Source of the DNA: an uncultured delta proteobacterium
GTDB lineage: Bacteria; Myxococcota; Myxococcia; Myxococcales; Anaeromyxobacteraceae
Assembly (NCBI GenBank): GCA_963845515.1
Contig: CAWJSR010000045.1
Location: 1 to 64,000, forward strand
Direction of reading: 5' to 3'
DNA: 64,000 nt
This document shows, one piece after another, positions 53,262 to 64,000 of the stretch (position 1 is the first letter of the stretch; every line of letters begins with the position of its first letter). The position numbers and the translations under genes are program-made. The notes beneath the pieces are model-generated. The model did not search any database, was not told where the DNA came from, and saw only the letters and a program-made list of their open reading frames with translations.

Positions 53262-53848
53262 GCAGCGATTCCTCCGTACGGCGCCAGCGCTGCATCGACC
53301 TCGGCCAGCTCATCCTTCGTGACCAGGCCGCGGCGAAGCGCCTGCTGCGCGCCCTGGCGCAGCAGGTCGGGCGACAGTCCCTCTCGCGCGCAGTCGTTCA
53401 GCGTGCGCCGCGCGCTGGTCATTGGCACCGCACCGAACCAGGCCTGATCCTCCGGCGGCACGTCCGCGTGGTGGAGGACCACGCCGGGAGGCGCTCGGAA
53501 GCGGCGGTGGCGCCAGGCGCTCGGAAGCGTCAGATGCGCCTTTGCGGGCAGCACGTCCGACAGCCCGTGGAGGGAGAGGGCCGTCTGATGTGAGATGACG
53601 GCGACGCGCCCCGACCAGAGCCAGGCGGCGACGAGCTCCTCATGCTCCCCCGTGGGGAAGTTGACGAGACGGTAGATCCCGCGGCGGACGCGAACGACTC
53701 GTCCGCCGTGAAGGTGGTGCACCAGGAGCTGGGGCGAGCAGCCCGCTTCGGCCGCCTGCTGGGTCGTGAATAGCCCTTCCTGGCACGCGGCCGTTGCGTA
53801 CAGGAGGTTCCAGTCAGGCCGGCTTTGCGGGGCTTCCGTCACGCACAC
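53258..53848 (-). CDS. AbiEi antitoxin, paralog of 5727-6314 (start may be GTG 53842)
   Basis: [43 protein letters not shown]. Upstream TTGCAC-17-TAATGT at 53877-53849. Confidence 0.88.
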   Translation of the reverse strand: MCVTEAPQSRPDWNLLYATAACQEGLFTTQQAAEAGCSPQLLVHHLHGGRVVRVRRGIYRLVNFPTGEHEELVAAWLWSGRVAVISHQTALSLHGLSDVLPAKAHLTLPSAWRHRRFRAPPGVVLHHADVPPEDQAWFGAVPMTSARRTLNDCAREGLSPDLLRQGAQQALRRGLVTKDELAEVDAALAPYGGIAA

Positions 53849-53903
53849 ACATTAAGCGCGACTTTAGATTCGTGCAATATGGAGAGGGAGTTCACCAATG
53901 AGA

Positions 53904-53927
53904 ACGGCCGCCCTCTCGGGCGGCCGT
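53904..53927 (-). terminator. Hairpin downstream of glnA (probable terminator)
   Basis: ACGGCCGCCC-TCTC-GGGCGGCCGT, a 10-bp stem about 28 nt after the glnA stop. The U-tract is weak. Confidence 0.6.
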
Positions 53928-53954
53928 CGGTGCTTCAAAGGAAGGCTCGTTCGC

Positions 53955-55379
<1,425 letters not shown>

Positions 55380-55431
55380 CGGTTCTCCAGAAGAACGGGG
55401 GCCGCTTCGCGGCGTGGTCGGCCGCTCAATT

Positions 55432-55447
55432 AGCACAGGCCGTGCCA
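55432..55447 (-). promoter_or_regulatory. sigma54 (-24/-12) promoter of glnA
   Basis: Minus strand TGGCAC-GGCCT-GTGCT versus consensus TGGCAC-N5-TTGCW, 52 nt upstream of the ATG. Confidence 0.8.
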
Positions 55448-55531
55448 CGGCGGAACGGACCAGATGCGTGCGAAAACGCCGCAAACACAGCGGTTTCAGG
55501 TCCACGGATCGACGCAGATCGGGAGCCAAGG

Positions 55532-55634
55532 TGCCCATCTTTCAGGCAGATCCGGCGGCGGGTGCTGCGTGCTCCACGATCGGGGTCGGAGGCGGTCACT
55601 TGGGGATGGGGGACGGGTGCCCGGAGAACGGGCA
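55532..55634. promoter_or_regulatory. Two 17-bp NtrC-type enhancer palindromes
   Basis: TGCCCATCTTTCAGGCA (55532-55548) and TGCCCGGAGAACGGGCA (55618-55634) share the TGC-N11-GCA geometry of NtrC sites. Confidence 0.65.
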
Positions 55635-55681
55635 GCGGGGTGATCGGTCGGCGGGCATCGCGCGCACGGTTTCGTCCACCG

Positions 55682-55720
55682 CCCTCACCCCAGCCCTCTC
55701 CCGCAGAGCGGGAGAGGGAG
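55682..55720 (+). repeat. BoxC-like palindrome just downstream of ntrC
   Basis: ccctcaccccagccctctcccgcagagcgggagagggag. Confidence 0.85.
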
Positions 55721-55727
55721 TGTCCGC

Positions 55728-57164
<1,437 letters not shown>

Positions 57165-57317
57165 GGCATCTCCCGGGGGGGCCAGCGATCGATCCAGCCG
57201 GCGTCGCCCATTGTTCGAGCGGCAACTGAGCAAGATCGGGGCCAGCGCAACCCCTTGAAGTCTATAGATGGGAGACGAAGGCGGTGCCCGTATATTGGGC
57301 ACCGGCCCCTACGGGTG

Positions 57318-58400
57318 TCAGCCGGCGTCCAGGGGGAGGAAGAGGACGACCTCCGCGCCGGCGCCGGGACGATTCCTGATCTCCATCCGCCCGCCGTGGG
57401 CGTGGACGATCCGCTGGCAGATCGGCAGCCCGAGCCCGGTCCCCTGCGGCTTCGACGTCGCGAACGGCGTGAAGATGCGGGAGAGCATCGAGAGCGGTAT
57501 GCCGGGTCCGGAGTCGACGACGCTGATCCGTGCGAGCGGGCGGGTCTTCCCGCCGCCCTCCGACCTGACGCGCAGGTTCGCGACCCCCGTCTCCATGATC
57601 ACGTGCTTGTCGGCGACGTCGGCGACCGCGTCGAGCGCGTTCCTGACCACGTTGAGCACGACCTGCGTGAGCTTCTCGGCGTCGCCGAGCACCGCCGGGA
57701 GCGACGGGTCGTACCGCTCCGTGAACACGACCCTGCTCGCCCCCGGGATCCCCCGCGCGAGCACGATCACGTCGCGCAGCACGTCGTGGATGTTGACCGG
57801 GCCGGGGTTGAGCCGCGCCGGGCGCGCGAGGTCGAGCAGCTCGCGCACCAGCCCGTCGACGCGCTTCGCCTCGCGGGCGATCACCTGGGCGTACTCCCGC
57901 GTCCCCTCCTCGGCCTCGCGCGCGAGGAGCTCGGCCGAGCCTTGCAGCCCGGCGAGCGGGTTGCGGATCTCGTGGGCGAGGCCGGCCGCCAGCGTCTCGA
58001 AGTCCAGCGCCTGCTCACCGGCGCGAGGTCGGCGCAGGAGCAGGACGGCACCGGCGCACGTCCCGCCGTCGAGCAGCGGGCTGGCATCCACCTGGATCAC
58101 TGCGTCCGGGTCGGAGGGGCTCGGCATGTCCGAGAGGACCGGCTGCAGCGCCTTGCGGACGCGCTCGCTGGTGGCGTCGAGCTGCTCGCCCCCGGGGAGC
58201 GCGCGCAGCGGGTTGCCGGCGGCACGGTCCCGGCTGCGGCCGAAGAACTCCTCGGCAGAGGGGTTCAGGTGCAGCACGGTCCCGTCCGGCCCGACCACGA
58301 CGACCGGGTCGACGATCGAGTCGACGGTCGCGCGGGCGAGCGCTGCGGGGAGCGCCGGCGCTGCGGGGTGGCGAGACGAGGGCGAGTCGGTTCGAGCCAC
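57318..58400 (-). CDS. ntrB: PAS-domain nitrogen sensor kinase
   Basis: LNPSAEEFFG, LAHEIRNPLAG, NIHDVL, YDPSLPAV, LNVVRNA, DSGPGI, GTGLGL. GGAG RBS before the GTG. Confidence 0.88.
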   Translation of the reverse strand: MARTDSPSSRHPAAPALPAALARATVDSIVDPVVVVGPDGTVLHLNPSAEEFFGRSRDRAAGNPLRALPGGEQLDATSERVRKALQPVLSDMPSPSDPDAVIQVDASPLLDGGTCAGAVLLLRRPRAGEQALDFETLAAGLAHEIRNPLAGLQGSAELLAREAEEGTREYAQVIAREAKRVDGLVRELLDLARPARLNPGPVNIHDVLRDVIVLARGIPGASRVVFTERYDPSLPAVLGDAEKLTQVVLNVVRNALDAVADVADKHVIMETGVANLRVRSEGGGKTRPLARISVVDSGPGIPLSMLSRIFTPFATSKPQGTGLGLPICQRIVHAHGGRMEIRNRPGAGAEVVLFLPLDAG

Positions 58401-58420
58401 CCTGGTCTCCGAACCCGGTG

Positions 58421-58792
<372 letters not shown>

Positions 58793-58859
58793 CTACGTCC
58801 CGTCGCCGCGGGCGGTCAAGCTGCGACCGCGTCGTGACGCCGGGTTCCGAGCCGAAGGG

Positions 58860-58875
58860 TGCAAGCGATGGGCCG
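58860..58875 (-). promoter_or_regulatory. Possible sigma54 promoter for glnB-ntrBC
   Basis: Minus strand CGGCCC-ATCGC-TTGCA (GG-N10-GC), about 100 nt upstream of glnB. Confidence 0.5.
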
Positions 58876-59013
58876 CGACCCCGGCGACCTCCAAGCATCC
58901 GATCTGCCGCTGCCGTGCGCAAGCGAAGACGCGGCCCTGCCCGGGAAGCGGGCAGCGAGTGGCGCGGATCCGGACATTCACGTGGCCGCGCCGACGCGGT
59001 ATGGATGCTCGGG

Positions 59014-60063
59014 ATGCCGATCGGATCAGCGCTGCTGGCCGCGCTCGCGCTAGCGCTAGCGACATGGGCCCACTTCGCCTATTGGCGGAGGAGGCTCACG
59101 CTTCGGCCCGAGGTGGATCAGCTCCTCTTCGCCCAGACCGGTGATGGGTGGCGCATCGCGCTCGCTCGCCGCCGCCCGCGGGGCGCCGCACGCGGTCCCC
59201 CCGTCCTGCTCTGTCACGGCCTGGCGGTCAACCGCCACTCGATGGACTTCGCGGTGCCCGGCCACTCGCTCGCCCTGACCCTGGCCGGGCGCGGCTTCGA
59301 CTGCTACTCCATGGACCTCCGCGGCCACGGCCTCTCCAGCCCCGGCCCGGGGGCGCGACGGACGTGGACGCTGGACGACTACCTGCGGGAGGACGTCCCG
59401 GCCGCGCTCGCGGCGATCCGCGAGGAGACGGGGAGCGACCAGGTGCTCTGGGTCGGCCACAGCCAGGGGGCGCTGCTCGGCCTCGCCACCGCCGCCCTCC
59501 ACCCCGAGCGCGTGGCGGGCGTCGTCGCGATCGCGCCGCCCGGGATGTTCGGCACCACCCCCGCGATCCGCAAGCTGGTCAGGATCGGCAGCCTGGGGCT
59601 CGGAGGGCTGCTCCGGCCGCTCGCGCGGCTCTGGGCGCCGTTCGGTCCGGTCTGGCATCCGCAGCTCGCCGAGGTGGCGATACGCCGGGCCAACGTCGAG
59701 CCCGAGATCTACCGGCTCTTCCTCGCCAACGGGGCCGAGTCGGTGAACGCGGGCGTCCTCGCCCACTTCGCCCACTGCGTCGAGGCGGACCGCTTCCGCT
59801 CCTTCGACGACGCGGTCGACTACGGCGCCGCCTTCGCGCAGTGCAAGCGCCCCGCCCTCTTCATCTCCGGCGACCGCGACGGCCTCGCCCCTCCGCGCGC
59901 CGTCGAGGCCAACTGCGTTCAATGGGGTGGGCCGAAGCGGTACTGGAGCGCCGGCGCCGCCTACGGGCATGGGGACCTGCTCATCGGGCGGCGCGCGGGG
60001 CTCGACGTCCACCCCGTGATCGCGGGCTGGCTCGAGGAGCACTCCTCGGTCGCCTCCAGGTGA
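59014..60063 (+). CDS. alpha/beta hydrolase (lipase / PHA-synthase-like)
   Basis: N-terminal hydrophobic segment, PVLLCHGL, DLRGHG, GHSQG nucleophile elbow, GDRDGL, YGHGDL. Confidence 0.85.
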   Translation: MPIGSALLAALALALATWAHFAYWRRRLTLRPEVDQLLFAQTGDGWRIALARRRPRGAARGPPVLLCHGLAVNRHSMDFAVPGHSLALTLAGRGFDCYSMDLRGHGLSSPGPGARRTWTLDDYLREDVPAALAAIREETGSDQVLWVGHSQGALLGLATAALHPERVAGVVAIAPPGMFGTTPAIRKLVRIGSLGLGGLLRPLARLWAPFGPVWHPQLAEVAIRRANVEPEIYRLFLANGAESVNAGVLAHFAHCVEADRFRSFDDAVDYGAAFAQCKRPALFISGDRDGLAPPRAVEANCVQWGGPKRYWSAGAAYGHGDLLIGRRAGLDVHPVIAGWLEEHSSVASR

Positions 60064-60074
60064 GCTGAGGAGCC

Positions 60075-61466
60075 ATGCGCCGCCGCTTCGCCCTCGCCGC
60101 CGCCATCCCCGCCTTCGTCGCGCTGCTCGCGATGGCGCTGCTCGCCGATCGCCTGGCGCGGCGCGCGCTGGAGGAGGAGCTCGGCGTCCGGCTCGTGGCC
60201 GTCGCCCGCGCCGCCGCCGCGACGCTGCCGGCGGACAGGGTCGCCGGGCTCGCCCCAGGCGACGAGGGGACGCGCACCCTCGCCCACGTCCGCGCACGGC
60301 TCGACGCCCTGGCCCGCGCGACCGACACCCGCCTCTTCGTGATCAGGCCGGACCGGACGGCGCTCGCCGACTCGGCCGGCCAGCACCGGATCGGCGAGTC
60401 GCCGCCGGCGCTCGAGCGCGACAGGCTGGAGATCGCCGAGGCGGCGCGCGGACGGGCGCTCCCGTCCCAGGTCCTCTTCGAGGGGCGCGACGGCCGGCTC
60501 TACAAGACTGGCTATGCCCCGCTCGTCTCCGAGGGCGGCACGATCGTGGGCGTGGTGGGGGCGGACGGCACGGCCTCGTCCTTCGCGACGCTGCGCGGGT
60601 TCCGTCAGCTCCTCGTCGGCCTGGGGATCGGCGGCGCGCTCGTGGCCGCGGGGCTCGCCGCGCTGGCCGGGCTCTCGCTCACCCGCCCGCTGATGCGCCT
60701 CACCGAGGCGGCGGATCGGATCGGCCGGGGCGACCTCTCGACGCCGCTGTGGCGCCGCGTCCGCAAGGACCAGATCGGCCTGCTCCGCGACACGCTGGAG
60801 GAGATGCGCAGGTCGCTGCGGGCGCGCGACGAGGAGCGCGAGACGCTGCTCGCGGGGATCGCCCACGAGATCCGGAATCCGCTGGGGGGGATGGAGCTCT
60901 TCACCGGCCTCCTCGCCGAGGAGATCGCGGGACGCCCCGAGGCGGCCCACGTGGAGCGGATCCGGATCGAGCTGAAGACGCTCTCGCGGGTCGTCGACGA
61001 GTTCCTCGACTACGCGCGGGCACGCCCGCTCCAGACCGAGCCCTGCGAGCTCGACGGCCTCCTCGCAGAGGTGGCGGTGCTGGTCCAGCCCATCGCCGCC
61101 GATCGCGGGATCAGCGTGGTCGTCTCGGCGCGGGGGCGGTGCGCCGGCGACAGGGAGAAGCTGCGGCGGGCCCTCCTGAACCTCGCCCGGAACGCCGTGG
61201 AGGCCTCGGCGGATCGGGCGACGGTCGAGCTCGTCGCGCAGGCCGATGGCGGCGGGCGCGCGGTGATCGAGATCCTCGACCGCGGCCCGGGGATCGGACC
61301 GGAGGCGCAGGAGAAGCTCTTCCGCCCCTTCTTCACCACCAAGGAGCGCGGCACGGGGCTCGGGCTGGCCCTCGCCAAGAAGGTCGCTGACGCCCACGGT
61401 GGCACGCTCGAGCTGCTGCCGCGCGAGGGTGGCGGGACGGTCGCGCGCCTCACCATCCCACCGTAG
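60075..61466 (+). CDS. Membrane HAMP sensor histidine kinase
   Basis: Two TM segments, TRPLMRL..GDL HAMP, IAHEIRNPLGG, NLARNA, DRGPGI, FFTTK..GTGLGL. Confidence 0.92.
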   Translation: MRRRFALAAAIPAFVALLAMALLADRLARRALEEELGVRLVAVARAAAATLPADRVAGLAPGDEGTRTLAHVRARLDALARATDTRLFVIRPDRTALADSAGQHRIGESPPALERDRLEIAEAARGRALPSQVLFEGRDGRLYKTGYAPLVSEGGTIVGVVGADGTASSFATLRGFRQLLVGLGIGGALVAAGLAALAGLSLTRPLMRLTEAADRIGRGDLSTPLWRRVRKDQIGLLRDTLEEMRRSLRARDEERETLLAGIAHEIRNPLGGMELFTGLLAEEIAGRPEAAHVERIRIELKTLSRVVDEFLDYARARPLQTEPCELDGLLAEVAVLVQPIAADRGISVVVSARGRCAGDREKLRRALLNLARNAVEASADRATVELVAQADGGGRAVIEILDRGPGIGPEAQEKLFRPFFTTKERGTGLGLALAKKVADAHGGTLELLPREGGGTVARLTIPP

Positions 61467-61507
61467 TCACCGGATCGAGGGCCTTGCGCCACCCCCGGCG
61501 GGGGCCG

Positions 61508-63707
61508 ATGATTCACCCGTCGGCCCAGGGGGGGGCCTCGGAGGACACCTGCGAGATCACGATGCGCCTCGCCGTCGCTGGCCGCTGGTCGCTGCGTTTG
61601 GCTTCGTGGCGGCGGCGCTCGTGGCCTCCGCGTGGGTGATGGTGGTGTCGATGAGGGCCGACGCCGTGCGGCTCGCGTCGAACCAGCTCGAGTCGGTCAG
61701 CGCGCTCAAGGTCGCCGCCATCGAGGCGTGGATCGCGGACCGCGTCGTCGCCGCGCGGTACGTCTGCACCTATCCCTCCGTGGTCGGCGCGGGGCGCGCC
61801 GCGGTCGCCGGCCGCGCGGACCGGCGCCTGGTCGGCCACGTCCAGGAGGTCTTCGACCACTTCGTCCGGCGCTGGGGCTACGAGCTCGTCGGGCTCCTCG
61901 ACGGCGCCGGTCGCCCGGTCGCCGTCGCCGGCAGGGAGCCCTCCCTGGCCGTCGACGTCCCGGTGGATCGCTGGTTCCTGGAGTCGGCGCTGGCCGATCC
62001 ATGGGGCGCCACCACCCGGCTCACCGTCGCCGCAGATGGACGCGGGAGGCTGGACGTCGCGGTGGTGTCCAAGGTCGGCGATGGGGCCTTCGACTTCTGC
62101 GTGCTGCGCGCCGACGCCACGGCGCTCGTGGAGAGCGCAGTGGAGACGTGGCCCGTCCCGAGCGCCTCGGGGAGCGCGGCGCTCGTCCGCGTCGACGGTG
62201 ACGCGGCGTCGCTGCTCCTGCGGCGGCGCGAGCGTCCCGCGGAGGGCTTCGTCCGCGTTCCGCTCGCCGACCGGAGCCGTGCCATCGTCCGCGCCGTTCG
62301 CGGCGAACGGGGGCTCATCGAGGGGCGCGACAGCTTCGGCGTGCCGATCGTCATCCGGGCGAGGCCCGTGCCGGGGACCGACTGGACCCTCCGGACGCGG
62401 CTCGATCGCGCGGAGATCTTCGCGCCGCTCCGGCGGGCCACGATCACCATCGTCTGGCTGGTGGTCGCCTTCCTGCTCGCAGGCGCCGCCATGCTGGGCC
62501 GCTGGTGGCGGGACGAGGGGCAGCGGGCCGAGGTGGAGCGCGAGCTGAACAGGAGCCGCGTGCGGCTGGAGCTCTCGCAGCGGATGGCGGGGCTCGGCCG
62601 GCTCGCGGCCGGCGTGGCGCACGAGGTGAACAACCCGCTCTCCTCGGTGGTGGCGAACCTGGTGTTCGTGGCCGAGGCGCTCCCCGACGCTCCGCTCGAG
62701 GTGCGGCAGGCGCTCCGCGAGGCGCGCGACGGCGCCGGGCGCGTGGCAGACGTCGTGCGGGGGCTCAGGAGCTTCTCACGGCCCGGGGACTCTCCCCGCG
62801 GTCCGAGCGATCTGAGGGAGGAGCTGGCGGCGGCGCTCCGCCTGGCCAGCCACGAGCTGCGCCACCGCGCGACGCTGCAGGTCCGGATCGACGCCGTTCC
62901 GCTGGTGGCCGCCGACGCCCATGAGCTCGGGCAGGTCTTCCTCAACCTGCTGGTGAACGCGGCGCAGGCCTTCCCGGAGGGGGGACGGGCCAGCACCGCG
63001 TGACGGTCTCGGCGGGAACCGACGTGGAGGGGTGGGCGCTCGTGGAGATAGCCGACAACGGCATGGGGATCCCGCCCAACGTGCTCAATGGGATCTTCGA
63101 GCCGTTCTTCACCACGAAGCCGCTCGGCGTCGGGACCGGGCTCGGGCTCGCCATCGCCCACGGGATCGTGACCACCGCCGGGGGGAGGATCGAGGTCGAG
63201 AGCCAGGTCGGGCAGGGGAGCACCTTCCGCGTGCTGCTGCCGCCGGCCCAGGGCTCGCCGGCGCCGACGCCACCACCGGCTGCCACGCCGCCGGCCGCGT
63301 CGGCCACCGCGGCGCCGAAGGAGGTCGCGGCGGCCCGCGTCCTGATCGTCGACGACGAGCCGATCGTCGCGCGCGCGGCGGTGCGGGTGCTGGCCGGCTA
63401 CGACGTCCTGGTCGTCAACTCGGGGGCCGAGGCGCTCCGGCTCTTCGACTCGGGGGAGCGGTACGACGCGGTGCTCTGCGACCTGATGATGCCCCAGATG
63501 ACCGGGATGGAGCTGCACGCCAGGGTCTCGGCCTCGGCGCCAGACCTGGCGGCGCGGTTCGTCTTCATCACCGGCGGCGCCTTCACCGACGCCGCTTCGG
63601 AGTTCCTGCGGACGACGCCGAACGGCTGGATCGAGAAGCCGTTCGATCCGCGCGGCCTCCGCTCCGCGGTGGCGCGGGCGATCTCGGGCAAGGACGCGGA
63701 GGCATAG
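61508..63707 (+). CDS. Hybrid sensor kinase (periplasmic domain, HisKA, HATPase, receiver); start uncertain, frameshift near 63000
   Basis: GVAHEVNNPL, QVFLNLLVNAAQA, then ADNGMGI, FFTTKPLGVGTGLGL, VLIVDDE, CDLMMPQMTG, EKPF. Confidence 0.85.
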
Positions 63708-63742
63708 CTCGCCCGGCCCGACCCGGCTATCCTCCGCGCACG

Positions 63743-64000
63743 ATGTCGTCCCGCCTCGCGAAAAGCGCGCTCCTCGTCGGACTGGGAGCAGGGCTGTTCC
63801 AGCTCGCCAGGCTCGGCCTGCTGCTGCGCTACCCGGAGCAGTTCACGGACCTGGCGTGGCACCGGGTCCTCGCCGCGTGGGCGTCGGGGCTCCGCTTCGA
63901 CCTGTCGATCCTCCTGGCGTTCATGGCCCTGCCGCTGGTGGCGCTCAACCTGCCGCTGCGCGTGGCGCTGAGGCCCGGCTGGCAGCGCGCCTGGGGGTGG
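63743..64000 (+). CDS. Partial membrane protein, probably LTA-synthase/sulfatase family N-terminus
   Basis: MSSRLAKSALLVGLGAGLFQLARLGLLL...GLRFDLSILL. Runs off the end of the window. Confidence 0.55.
   Translation, partial: MSSRLAKSALLVGLGAGLFQLARLGLLLRYPEQFTDLAWHRVLAAWASGLRFDLSILLAFMALPLVALNLPLRVALRPGWQRAWGW

Overview
Very GC-rich chromosomal window, probably from an Anaeromyxobacter-like myxobacterium (inferred from gene content and GC). Many single-base frameshifts in otherwise intact conserved genes point to an error-prone long-read assembly. In order: (1) the end of an O-antigen-type locus (fnlC/wbjD-like epimerase, WbpL-like transferase, WbpM/CapD-like dehydratase). (2) A 5.6-kb stack of five toxin-antitoxin (TA) modules or remnants (4.3-9.8 kb), separated by copies of the capD 3' end and a palindromic repeat, with no integrase or transposase. 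(3) A Wzc/Wzx/Wzy polysaccharide locus with a PglC/D/E/F-like set. (4) A large secreted multicopper oxidase with three C-terminal repeats, a GalE-like gene and two more TA pairs. (5) An ECF sigma/anti-sigma operon divergent from a DUF4175-peptidase-MoxR-DUF58-BatA operon, then nagZ. (6) An HTH-nucleotidyltransferase pair, a REC-DUF4388 protein, livKHMGF and a second AbiE pair. (7) glnB-ntrB-ntrC-glnA with sigma54 promoters and enhancer-like sites. (8) A hydrolase, two histidine kinases and a partial membrane sulfatase-like gene. The most notable signals are the repeat-delimited, recombinase-free TA cassette array anchored on the capD 3' end, about nine TA modules overall (most with their own sigma70-like promoter), and a dispersed BoxC-like palindrome family that also sits inside coding sequence. 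All family assignments are by eye from motifs; no database searches were run.
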